A stretch of DNA of 49,548 bases from Candidatus Hydrogenedentota bacterium (GTDB lineage: Bacteria > Hydrogenedentota > Hydrogenedentia > Hydrogenedentales > CAIZGN01), in contig CAIZGN010000689.1 in assembly GCA_903932505.1 (NCBI GenBank), positions 1 to 49,548 on the forward strand. The letters run 5' to 3'. The notes under the pieces are model-generated. The model worked only from the letters and a program-made list of their open reading frames with translations, ran no database searches and was not told where the DNA came from. This document shows, in pieces, positions 36,501 to 45,165 of this stretch (positions within the stretch are counted from its first letter, which is position 1; every line of letters starts with the position of its first letter). A program made the translations under genes and the position numbers.

Positions 36501-39500
36501 GGCGCAGGGGTGAGCACGCCCAAAACGATCACCATCACGCAGGCGAACAGCACACCCGCGCTGGATGTGCGTCCGGTGGATGATTTCGTGCCCTGCGCGG
36601 GCGCGTCCCGTTCGTACACCATCACAAACAAGGGCGAGGGCAACATGCCATGGAGCGCGGTGATTACCGCAGGATCCAATTTCTTAACGCTGGGTGCGGT
36701 GAGCGGCACTGGCACCGGGGCACTCCCTGTGACCATTGCGCCAAATTTGACGTCGCTGCCCCGGGTGGGAACGATTGAAATCCAGGCCCCCGATGCCGTG
36801 GACAGCAGTCCCAAAGTCATCACCATCACCCAGGCGAAGAACAGCCCGATTCTGTATGTGACGCCCACCGAAGATCTCGCCTTGCCCTGTCTGGGCGGTG
36901 TGCGTTACTACACGCTCATAAACAAGGGCGAAGGCGTGATGGCGTGGAACGCCATTGTCACCAGTGGTTCTGGCTTCCTTACCGTGGGAACATCGAGTGG
37001 CGTTGGTGCGGCCTCCTTGAGCGTCACGGTGGCGGCGAACGCGACCTCGGCGGACAGAACCGGAACCATTGAAGTTCGCTGTCCGGACGGTGGGGCGAGC
37101 TCACCACAGGTGATTACCATTACGCAGTCGAAAATTACCCCGATCCTTTCCCTCGCACTCACCGAGGACACCATTTCATCCACCGGAGGTTCTCGCAGCT
37201 ACTCCATCACCAATCTGGGTGAATGCACCATGCCGTGGTCGGCGGAAGTGACCACGGGAGACAATTTCCTCACGCTGGCGAACACCAGTGGAACCGGTGC
37301 CGGCGCCTTGTCAGTGACCATTGCCCCCAATCTGGACTCGTCGCCGAGAATCGGCACGATTACGGTGACCGCGCCCGATGGCGGTGTCAGCAGTCCGCAG
37401 ACCATTACCATCACACAGAACAACAGCCGTCCGGTGCTGGATCTGCGGCCGCTGGAGGACTTTGTGCCGTGCGCGGGCGGTGCGCGCTCCTTCACCATCA
37501 CGAACAAGGGTGAGGGCGCGATGCCTTGGAATGTGGTGGTGACCACGGGCGGCGGTTTCCTCACGCTGGGCGCGAGCAGCGGCACCGGCAGTGGCACACT
37601 GTCCGTGACGGTGGCCCCGAATCTCACCTCCTCGGCCCGCACAGGCACGGTCGAAGTGCAGGCACCGGATGGCGGGGCCAGCAGTCCGCAAACCATCACC
37701 ATCACCCAGGCGAAGAACAGCCCCTCGCTCGACGTCAGCCCGCAGGACGACTTTGTCCCCTGCCTCGGTGGCGCGCGCAGCTACACCATCGCCAACAAGG
37801 GAGAAGGGGTCATGGCTTGGAACGCGGTGGTGACCAGTGGCGGAGGATTCCTCGCCTTGGGTGCGAGCAGCGGCACTGGCCCTGCAGCTCTCTCCGTGAC
37901 TGTGGCCCCCAACCCGACCTCCAATTCCCGCAGTGGCACCATCGAGGTGCGCTGTCCGGACGCCGGGGCGAGTTCCCCCAAGATCATCACTATTTCACAG
38001 GCCAAGATTGCGCCGTTGCTCGACTTGGGCCTCACGGAAGACACCGTGTCCTCGGCGGGCGGCACGCGGAGTTACACCATCACGAATATCGGCGAGTGCG
38101 CGATGCCGTGGGCCGCTGAAATCACCAGCGGCGCGAATTTCCTGTCGCTGGCGAATTCCAGCGGCAATGGGAGCGGCACCTTGTCCGTGACCATCGGCCA
38201 GAATCTGGATACGACACCTCGCATCGGCACCATTGAGGTTACCGCACCGGATGCGGGGGTGAGCAGTCCGAAAACGATTACCATCACGCAGACGAACGCA
38301 CGACCGGTGCTGGATGTGCGCCCGGTGGACGACTTGGTGCCCTGCGCGGGTGGTGCGCGTTCCTACACCATCACCAACCGAGGCGAAGGTGCGATGGCGT
38401 GGAACGCCGTTGTGACAGACGGCCCGGGCTTCCTGACCCTGCCGACGAACAGCGGTAGCGGCACCGCTACCCTGTCGGTGACGGTGGCCCCGAATCTCAC
38501 ATCCTCCGCACGCACCGGCACGATTGAGGTGCAGGCACCGGACGGCGGGGTGAGCAGCCCGAAGACCATCACCATCACCCAGGCGAAGAACAGCCCCGTG
38601 CTGGATGTTACGCCCCTCGAGGACTTTGTGCCCTGCCTGGGCGCGACGCATTCCTTCACCATAGCGAACAAGGGTGAAGGGGCCATGCCGTGGAACGCCG
38701 TCGTGACCAGTGGCGGCGGTTTCCTCACGCTGGGTGCCAGCAGCGGTTCCGGGCCGGGTACGCTCTCGGTGACCGTCGCCGAAAACAAGACGCCGGATGA
38801 CCGGGTGGGCACGGTGGAAATCCAGGCCCCTGACGCCGGCGTCAGCAGCCCCAAGATCATTACCATTACACAGAGCAAGGTGAGTCCCGTGCTGGACGTT
38901 TCGCCCGAAGGCGAGGTTTTTGTGTCCTGCGACGAGGCCCCGGTGACGTTGAATATTACGAACAAGGGCGAGGGCAGTATGACGTGGTCCGCGATTGTGA
39001 CTGGCGGCGCAGACGACTTTCTGGCCTTGCCGGTGAGCAGCGGAATTGGTGCGGCGGCACTTTCCGTGACCGTGAAGCAGAACCGGAGTTCCGGTGAACG
39101 TACCGGCACGATTGAAATCACCGCGCCCGATGCGGTGGGCAGTAGCCCGAAGGTGATCACGATACGTCAGGGATTCATCGAACCCATCCTGAGTGTCGCA
39201 CCGGTGGAACAGCGCATTGGCGGTGCGGGTGGCACGGTGCCGTTCACCGTGGGCTTGGGCGGGGCTCGGTGCACACCGTGGCGGGCCATGCTGCTTAGCG
39301 GGATGCAATACAACATGACGGTTGCACCGGTGGAAGGTCCTATCAAAGGCGCGGGCGATGCCTCGGTTACGGTGACCGCCCCGGCGAATGACCGACCCGA
39401 AGAACGGCGGGCGGAGATGAAGATCATGGTGCAACCCGACGATCTGGCCTTGCCGCTGGAGGAACAGACCGTGGTGATTTATCAGGATCCGTGTCTGGGA

Positions 39501-40037
39501 CCACCGCCACCCACTAATGTCACCGCGAGCGATGGGAAATATGTGAACGGCGTGAAGCTCTTGTGGACGCCCTCGCAGGGTGCGACCCAATACCAAATCT
39601 TCCGCAGTGAGGCCAGCAACTTCAAGGATGCCTTGCTGATCGCGACTACGGCTACGCCTACGTACGTTGATACAACCGCGTTGTATCCCGATGTCGAAAT
39701 CGTCGGGCGTTCGTGCTTCCAGGCGGGCGAGTATCTGGCCAATTATCGCGTCTATTACTATTGGGTGCGCGCGCTGAACAGTTGCGCGGGCAGTGAGCCG
39801 AGCGACCCCAATACGGGGTATCGCGACATGATTCGCCGTATTGCCCCACAATACACGCCGGTGAAAAGTAACACCGACGGGTCCGGCACCACTGTATCCA
39901 ACACCACCGCTACTCCCCAAGCCGCCACCGCGATGCCGGTGGATGCACGTGGAATTTTGGGTGACAACGCCGTCGCCTTGCTGACATTGCTCATGTTGAG
40001 TCTGGGGGCGTTGTGGAAAGGGCAAAAAAGTCTGTAG
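33567..40037 (+). CDS. giant surface protein: signal peptide, Gly-rich N-domain, InlB-B-like domain, 16 BACON-like repeats, FN3-like domain, C-terminal TM anchor
   Basis: ~97-aa repeats (LDV.P....GG.RSY.I.NKG.G.M.W.A.....NF.TL....GTG...LSVTV.PN.....R.GTIEV.APD); PPPPTNVTASDG..W..GATQYQIFRS..YYYWVRA; terminal LGDNAVALLTLLMLSLGALWK. Confidence 0.9.
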   Translation: MLAIRCPHFFVRTRRTGIVLAAVTVALVATSALAVDFEFGAGRDGSYTVSGTKTVQEVWAELAASASMTYDPLNAYQVPNFENLIIDENSSLTAESFSGDPSAAVDSQDGGILRLRVNGTLWIKPGGRIDVSGRGYHGGIAGAVADQKGVQGDSWGMVGANDRVENRGGGGGGLPDPTVGGGGGGGNATAGTGGGGGRTGLAGLSFDTVAQSQDPSFRGNYPFPRFGSGGGGGGFVLLNANAAAVGGSGGGVIVIEAAHIINQGTMSAEGSGGGTGISGGGGGGGGGVWIRTLSSETRQSGTVTVKGGSGGVSNPPVGEEGFNGGTGGLGEKRWETQYEVAPTVEGNGRVVVTPVANQFIPGTLVTLEAKPDDGWCFKEWTVGASGVSRVVAVSLTDNLYPNAIFEVDPGLRVLPIDEQTVRCEGGTVYLQVTGSKCEPTSWTAIVQEGVTFITLAAGGTGTISYPTSSTISLVLPANQTGLVRTGSILVTDTDPLHDVSYTIPIRQLNCRPVLDVRPTDDLVPSAGGVRSYGITNKGEGLMAWNAVITSGANFMTLGNTNGTGNGALSVTVSQNLTAGPRVGTIEVQAPDGGDSSPKIITITQANNTPVLDVRPTTDYVTSAGGPRYFSITNKGEGTMTWNAVVTSGANFLTLGTTNGTGNATLAVTVLPNQTSGPRVGTIEVQAPDGGVSSPKIITINQANNTPILDVMPTEDSVSSTGGSRAYTIANKGDGVMAWNAVITSGANFLTLGNTNGTGNATLSVTVGPNLGSAPRTGTIEVRAPDGGVSSPKTITITQANSSPVLDVRPLEDLVSCLGGARYFTITNRGEGVMAWNAVILDGANFMTLATTNGTGNASLSVTLAPNLTASTRTGTIEVQAPDGGVSSPKTITITQDKNSPVLDVGLTEDYVSSLGGSRTYTISNKGQGVMDWNAAVISGANFITLNNSNGTGAGALSVTIGPNLTSSPRTGSIEVRAPGAGVSTPKTITITQANSTPALDVRPVDDFVPCAGASRSYTITNKGEGNMPWSAVITAGSNFLTLGAVSGTGTGALPVTIAPNLTSLPRVGTIEIQAPDAVDSSPKVITITQAKNSPILYVTPTEDLALPCLGGVRYYTLINKGEGVMAWNAIVTSGSGFLTVGTSSGVGAASLSVTVAANATSADRTGTIEVRCPDGGASSPQVITITQSKITPILSLALTEDTISSTGGSRSYSITNLGECTMPWSAEVTTGDNFLTLANTSGTGAGALSVTIAPNLDSSPRIGTITVTAPDGGVSSPQTITITQNNSRPVLDLRPLEDFVPCAGGARSFTITNKGEGAMPWNVVVTTGGGFLTLGASSGTGSGTLSVTVAPNLTSSARTGTVEVQAPDGGASSPQTITITQAKNSPSLDVSPQDDFVPCLGGARSYTIANKGEGVMAWNAVVTSGGGFLALGASSGTGPAALSVTVAPNPTSNSRSGTIEVRCPDAGASSPKIITISQAKIAPLLDLGLTEDTVSSAGGTRSYTITNIGECAMPWAAEITSGANFLSLANSSGNGSGTLSVTIGQNLDTTPRIGTIEVTAPDAGVSSPKTITITQTNARPVLDVRPVDDLVPCAGGARSYTITNRGEGAMAWNAVVTDGPGFLTLPTNSGSGTATLSVTVAPNLTSSARTGTIEVQAPDGGVSSPKTITITQAKNSPVLDVTPLEDFVPCLGATHSFTIANKGEGAMPWNAVVTSGGGFLTLGASSGSGPGTLSVTVAENKTPDDRVGTVEIQAPDAGVSSPKIITITQSKVSPVLDVSPEGEVFVSCDEAPVTLNITNKGEGSMTWSAIVTGGADDFLALPVSSGIGAAALSVTVKQNRSSGERTGTIEITAPDAVGSSPKVITIRQGFIEPILSVAPVEQRIGGAGGTVPFTVGLGGARCTPWRAMLLSGMQYNMTVAPVEGPIKGAGDASVTVTAPANDRPEERRAEMKIMVQPDDLALPLEEQTVVIYQDPCLGPPPPTNVTASDGKYVNGVKLLWTPSQGATQYQIFRSEASNFKDALLIATTATPTYVDTTALYPDVEIVGRSCFQAGEYLANYRVYYYWVRALNSCAGSEPSDPNTGYRDMIRRIAPQYTPVKSNTDGSGTTVSNTTATPQAATAMPVDARGILGDNAVALLTLLMLSLGALWKGQKSL
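35097..39180 (+). repeat. 14 tandem ~291-bp intragenic repeats (BACON-like domains)
   Basis: CC.gT.CTGGATGTG-type repeat starts recur at ~35100, 35391, 35682, 35973, 36264, 36555, 36846, 37140, 37431, 37722, 38013, 38304, 38595, 38886. Confidence 0.92.
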
Positions 40038-40060
40038 ATTCGAGAGGGAGACCCTTGGCA

Positions 40061-42829
40061 ATGAGCGTTCGATCCTTGTTGCGCGCGTGGGTGTTTGTGG
40101 TCTTGATCAGCGGCGGGGCTTGGGCTGAGTCCTTGACGGACTTCGCCTTGGTGGAGCATTCGGGACTCGATTTCCCGGCGGGGCGCTGTGGCGGTCACGC
40201 TCAGACGGGGGTGGGGTGGACGGCCCCCAAAGACGCGACCGTGACCCTGCGCTGCGCATTCTGGCGCTTGCGCGGGGGGCCGCCCACTCAGGTGACCCTG
40301 TGGGTCCAAGGCCGCAAATGGATTGACGGGGCGGACATCACCGGCAAGTCTGACGCGCCCACCGGTGCCGAGGCACTGCTCGCCAAACAGGGGGGTGATC
40401 CCGCCGGACTTCGCGGGATTTCGGTGCGCGCGGGTGACGAGATACTCGTTGAAATCGGGGGCAACAATTTTGCGGGCATTGACTTCGCCGTGGAGAGTGC
40501 AACGGAGTCGTGGGATCTCGCAAAGGACTTCAGCGACTCGCAAAACCCATCGGGGCCGTGGACCTACGGCCAGGTGAGCAAGGACGCGCAAGGGCTCCCG
40601 CATATCAAGCCCTATGACCTGCACACGGACGATTTCGATCGTCCTGATTTTCCCCAAGGTGGCCAAGGATCGTGGTATGGCAAGGACCTGCCCTTCTACT
40701 GCTCCATCCTGAAAAGTGCAGGCCGCACCGCTGTGGATCCCGAGGTGCGCTATACCAGCGGTCGCACGGTCTATCTGGAGGGTCTGGTGAACGGTCGCTG
40801 GTCGGGCCGATACTGGTCGGTGGACGGACGGCGGAACGTGGCCTATGAGCGCGTCGCAGAACCCGCCTTTCGCCTCGCCATCGATGGCGAGGTTCTGTCC
40901 GACGGATGGGTATTTGTGGGGACTGCCGAGGCGGCCGCGCAACCCGGCTCCCGGCATGTCATCGTCGAGCTGTCCCACCAGACGCGCCCCTTGTCCGTGA
41001 TCTTGCACACGCTGCTTGATGGCACGCCCGTGATAACGCGCTGGCTGGAAATCATCAACCGGGGGGAGAAGTCGATCGCGATCACCGAGCTTCGCCCGTG
41101 GATTACCTGGCTGGGCGCGGGTGGCACATTCTGGGGTGAGGCCAATCCCCCGCGCTATTTCGAGAACCCATTTACGCTGGGCACCTTCACCAAGACGAAC
41201 CACTGCTGGGAGGGTTGGTTCGACTGGAAACTGCTTCCGGCGGGTCGTACCGTCTCCGGTTGTGACACGGGACAGTGTTTCGATGATCCCTTCTTTGTGG
41301 TGCGTAACGATGGCACAGGCGAATACCTCATCGGGGATTTGGCGTGGTCCGCGAACTGGCGGATGGAAATGGATTATGAGCCGGGGACTTTGAATGTGTT
41401 GCGGGTGGGCATTGGCCCGTGGGCCAGTGACGCCCTCCGCGTGATCCCCGCAGGGGAACGCACCGCCACTCCTGCAGTGCATATGGGGCGGGTGGCTGGT
41501 GACCTCGACGCGACGGTGCAGGCGATGCATGACCATGTGCGGCGCAGCGTGCTGCCGCCCCGCGATCCTGAGCGCTCGTACCGCATACAATTCGCCGTTC
41601 CCGGTGATCAAGGCTATCTCTCCCCCAACTTCGGCAACCCCGCCGGATGCACCGAAAAGGCGCTCATGGAAAACGTCGACCTGGCGGTGGCCCTGGGTGC
41701 CGAACTCTTCATCATGGACGCTTGGTGGTGGGAGCGGCAGGGCGACTGGACCGCATCGGAAGAACGCTTTCCGCGCGGCCTCACCCCCTTGGTGGACTAT
41801 GTACACAGCAAGGGCATGATGTTCGGGCTTTATGGAGAGATCGAAAAGGCCAGCCCGGGAAGCCAGATTGCAACAGCGCACCCCGAATGGCTCGAGTGGC
41901 TCAAGCCCTGGCCGATTCTCGATTTGGCCCAGGCGGAGCCTGCCGCATGGATGGAATCACAATTAACCACGCTGATCGAACGGGAGAAATTGGATCTGTT
42001 CCGACTCGACTACAACATTCCTTCAGCCGAAAAGCTCGAAGGCATTCCGCTCCTGCGCGATGGCATCCCCGAAAACCGCTGGTGGCGATACTATGAAGCG
42101 TTTGGCGACATTTTCCGGCGTGTGCAGACGAAGTACCCGGCGTTGGTGTTGCAACAGGCGGCCTGTGGCGGTGGAAGGAACGATCTGGGCACGGCAGGGC
42201 TGTTTCACGAGTCCTACCTCAGCGACGGACTGCGCATGCCGTATGAGATGCAGAATTACGGAGGGCAGACCCTTCATCTCCCCCCGGAAATCATGATTAT
42301 CGCCCACGGCGCGGACGCGGGCGGCGGATTGGGCCATGTGGAAAACTTTGAAACCTATTTGCGGGTCACCTATACCTTGGGAACTCCGTGGATCTTCGCC
42401 GGGATGTCAGCCCCGAATGTGACGGCGCTCAGCGACGAACGCCGTGAGCGGTTTCTGCACTATGGGAAGATCTACAAGGAATTCATTCGCCCGCTGCTGC
42501 CCACCTGCCGAGTCTATCATCACGCCCCGGTGAGTGTGAACGGTGGTGTCGAGTCCAGTCCTTGGTTCGCGATGGAATTCGCTTCCCCCGCACGCGACCG
42601 AGCCTGGGCACTTGTGGCGCGCATCAAGAACGGCGACCCGGAGACCTACGTCTTCCGTCCGCGCGGCCTGAGTCTTTCGCGCACGTATCGCGTGACCTTC
42701 GATAACACGGGCGACGCTGTGGTGATCGATGGCCTCACCCTCATGCGCGAGGGACTGCCGCTGCGACTGGGGAGTACCGGGCAATCCGAATTGATTCTCC
42801 TAGAGGAGACTGCCGCTCCCTTGCCATAG
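40061..42829 (+). CDS. secreted alpha-galactosidase-like glycoside hydrolase, GH36
   Basis: Signal peptide; LAWSANWR, GAELFIMDAWW..GDW..ERFPRGL..YVHSKGMMFGLYGEIE, DLFRLDYN, ACGGGRNDLG, C-terminal RGLSLSRTYRV. Confidence 0.88.
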   Translation: MSVRSLLRAWVFVVLISGGAWAESLTDFALVEHSGLDFPAGRCGGHAQTGVGWTAPKDATVTLRCAFWRLRGGPPTQVTLWVQGRKWIDGADITGKSDAPTGAEALLAKQGGDPAGLRGISVRAGDEILVEIGGNNFAGIDFAVESATESWDLAKDFSDSQNPSGPWTYGQVSKDAQGLPHIKPYDLHTDDFDRPDFPQGGQGSWYGKDLPFYCSILKSAGRTAVDPEVRYTSGRTVYLEGLVNGRWSGRYWSVDGRRNVAYERVAEPAFRLAIDGEVLSDGWVFVGTAEAAAQPGSRHVIVELSHQTRPLSVILHTLLDGTPVITRWLEIINRGEKSIAITELRPWITWLGAGGTFWGEANPPRYFENPFTLGTFTKTNHCWEGWFDWKLLPAGRTVSGCDTGQCFDDPFFVVRNDGTGEYLIGDLAWSANWRMEMDYEPGTLNVLRVGIGPWASDALRVIPAGERTATPAVHMGRVAGDLDATVQAMHDHVRRSVLPPRDPERSYRIQFAVPGDQGYLSPNFGNPAGCTEKALMENVDLAVALGAELFIMDAWWWERQGDWTASEERFPRGLTPLVDYVHSKGMMFGLYGEIEKASPGSQIATAHPEWLEWLKPWPILDLAQAEPAAWMESQLTTLIEREKLDLFRLDYNIPSAEKLEGIPLLRDGIPENRWWRYYEAFGDIFRRVQTKYPALVLQQAACGGGRNDLGTAGLFHESYLSDGLRMPYEMQNYGGQTLHLPPEIMIIAHGADAGGGLGHVENFETYLRVTYTLGTPWIFAGMSAPNVTALSDERRERFLHYGKIYKEFIRPLLPTCRVYHHAPVSVNGGVESSPWFAMEFASPARDRAWALVARIKNGDPETYVFRPRGLSLSRTYRVTFDNTGDAVVIDGLTLMREGLPLRLGSTGQSELILLEETAAPLP

Positions 42830-42853
42830 AGGGTAAGTCTTGAGAGGAAAAAC

Positions 42854-42882
42854 TTGACAGATATAAGAATTCGTGATAGATT
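42854..42882 (+). promoter_or_regulatory. putative sigma70 promoter of the hybrid kinase gene
   Basis: TTGACA-17nt-TAGATT in AT-rich intergenic region. Confidence 0.6.
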
Positions 42883-42979
42883 GCACTAGCAGTAAAATAG
42901 AATTTGGGTTACCGAAGTGGGTGCTTTGTTGGCAGGTATGCGTGAGGATGTATGTAATTAACATGAGAGGGTGAGGCTT

Positions 42980-45103
42980 ATGAAGGACGAAAAAGCAGGG
43001 CAAAAAACGAGGAGTACGGCGGGGGAGATGGAGGATGCCCGATGGCGACTGGAGTGCATTCTCGAGGGAACTGGGATCGGCACGTGGGCGTGGAATGTGC
43101 AAACCGGTGAGGTGACGGTCGGGAAAACCTGGGCGAGTTTGGTCGGCTATACGCCGGAAGAGCTGCAGCCGGTAACCATCGAAACCTGGCGGACGCTCAC
43201 CCACCCGGATGATCTGATGCGATCCGACTCGCTGGTGCTGCGTCATTTTGCAGGGGAGCTTGCACGATACGACTGTGAATGCCGGATGCGCCACAAGCAG
43301 GGGCATTGGGTTTGGATTCAAGATCGCGGCCGGGTCACCACCTGGAAGGATGGTCGGCCGTTGATGATGTTTGGTACCCACACCGACATTTCCGACCGCA
43401 AGCGATTAGAATCGGTGATGGAGGCCCGGCTGCGCTTGTTGCAAGCCCGACCTGGTGGCACGCTGGAAGAATCGCTGCGGATCGTGATCGACGAGGCGGA
43501 GGCGCTGACCGGCAGCACCGTGGGCTTCTACCACATGGTGAATGCGGATCAGCTTTCTCTCACCCTGCAGACATGGTCTACCAACACGACTGCAAAAATG
43601 TGTCAATCTGAAGGTGCGGGGCAACACTATCCGGTCAGCGATGCAGGAGTCTGGGTGGACTGCGTGCGCGAGCGACGTCCGGTGATTCACAACGATTACG
43701 CATCCCTGCCGCATCGTAGAGGCCTGCCGGAAGGGCACGCCCCCGTGGTTCGGGAGTTGGTGGTTCCAGTGTTGAGGGACGGTTTGATCGTGGGTTTGCT
43801 CGGCGTGGGCAACAAGCCCACGGATTATGAGGAGTCGGACGCACAGACGGTTTCCGCTTTTGGCGACTTGGCTTGGGACATTACGGAGCTGCGCCGTGCG
43901 GAAGAGGAGAGGCGGCGCATTGAGGCCCAGTATTGGAAGCTCCAGAAATCGGAGAGTTTGAGTTGCCTCGCCGGTGCCGTGGCGCATCACTTCAACAACC
44001 AGCTTCAGGCCGTGCTGGGGAATCTCGAACTTTCGATGTACTCGGTCGAGCCGGACAGCGAGGTTCGCGGCTTTCTTGCCGACGGATTGACCGCCACGCA
44101 GGTCGCCGCCGAGTTGAGCGCGCTGATGTTGACCTACCTCGGACAGATGCCCGAGGGGCACGAATCGCTCGACCTCGCCGAGGTCTGCCGCCAGAATCTG
44201 CCCGTGCTTCAGGCGGGGCTTAAGAAGGGGGCGGTGTTGGAATTTGATCTGCCTTCCAGGGGGCCGATGATTGCCGGGAGCGTGACGCAGATACAGCAAG
44301 TGCTGGCCAATATCGTTTCGAATGCCTGCGAGTCCAACGTCGCTGCAAAGTCCGTGATACGCGTGTGTGTCAAGTCGGCGACTTCCGAGGAAATATCCAA
44401 TACCCACCGATTCCCCGTCGATTGGGATCCGGTTCCGGGAATCTATGCGTGCCTCGAAGTTGGTGATTCTGGGGAGGGGATTCCGGCCAAGGATTTGGAC
44501 AAGATTTTTGATCCCTTCTTTTCCAGTAAATTCATGGGGCGTGGGATGGGTCTGTCCGTTGTGCTCGGTATCGCACGTACACACGGTGGCTGCATCACGG
44601 TTTTTAGCAAGCAGAATGTCGGCAGCATTTTCAGGGTCTATTTCCCCACAGGCCCCGTGGCGTCAAAGTCCGCCCCCCCGGTGGAAGAGGTTGCTCCCGA
44701 GTTACGCAAAGGTGGCACCTTGCTGGTGGTGGACGATCAGAAAATGCTGCGAACCCTCGCTGAGGGCATTCTGAAGCGAATGGGATATTCCGTGCTCTCT
44801 GCCGAGGATGGGGTGGAGGCGGTGGAATTGTTTCGCGAGCATCAGGATAAGATTACCGGCGTACTGTGCGACATGTCCATGCCCAGAATGGACGGATTGG
44901 AAACGCTGTCGGCCTTGCGCGAACTTTCGCCCGGCTTGCCCTTTATCTTGGCCAGCGGTTACAGCGAGGAAGAGGTTCTGCAGGGTATTCGCGACGAAAA
45001 GCCGCACGCGTTTCTCAGCAAGCCCTACCGGCGCGAGCAACTGTGCGAGGCACTCCGGTTGGCTTTGGGCACACAAGTCTCCAGCGATGGCGAAAGGGGC
45101 TGA
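42980..45103 (+). CDS. cytoplasmic hybrid sensor histidine kinase (PAS-GAF-HisKA-HATPase-REC)
   Basis: PAS/PAC (HPDD..ECRMRHKQGHWVWIQDRG..GTHTDIS), GAF (IHNDYASLP..RELVVPV..GVGNK), AHHFNN H-box, DSGEGI, FDPFFSSK, GRGMGL, REC CDMSMPRMDG..FLSKPY. Confidence 0.95.
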   Translation: MKDEKAGQKTRSTAGEMEDARWRLECILEGTGIGTWAWNVQTGEVTVGKTWASLVGYTPEELQPVTIETWRTLTHPDDLMRSDSLVLRHFAGELARYDCECRMRHKQGHWVWIQDRGRVTTWKDGRPLMMFGTHTDISDRKRLESVMEARLRLLQARPGGTLEESLRIVIDEAEALTGSTVGFYHMVNADQLSLTLQTWSTNTTAKMCQSEGAGQHYPVSDAGVWVDCVRERRPVIHNDYASLPHRRGLPEGHAPVVRELVVPVLRDGLIVGLLGVGNKPTDYEESDAQTVSAFGDLAWDITELRRAEEERRRIEAQYWKLQKSESLSCLAGAVAHHFNNQLQAVLGNLELSMYSVEPDSEVRGFLADGLTATQVAAELSALMLTYLGQMPEGHESLDLAEVCRQNLPVLQAGLKKGAVLEFDLPSRGPMIAGSVTQIQQVLANIVSNACESNVAAKSVIRVCVKSATSEEISNTHRFPVDWDPVPGIYACLEVGDSGEGIPAKDLDKIFDPFFSSKFMGRGMGLSVVLGIARTHGGCITVFSKQNVGSIFRVYFPTGPVASKSAPPVEEVAPELRKGGTLLVVDDQKMLRTLAEGILKRMGYSVLSAEDGVEAVELFREHQDKITGVLCDMSMPRMDGLETLSALRELSPGLPFILASGYSEEEVLQGIRDEKPHAFLSKPYRREQLCEALRLALGTQVSSDGERG

Positions 45104-45165
45104 CCGGGTACCGACCCGGCGGACACGCACGCCATCGATTTCGGAAGAAAAGGGGGGGAGTCGGA

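Noticed and set aside
35097-39180. Regular repeats as a possible CRISPR array or DGR template/variable repeat
   Set aside because: Units are ~291-bp in-frame protein domains with synonymous divergence; no spacers, cas or reverse transcriptase genes, and no adenine-specific variation noticed.
37995-41881. Long minus-strand ORFs 37995..40061 and 39758..41881
   Set aside because: Antisense shadows of the BACON protein and GH36 genes in GC-rich DNA.
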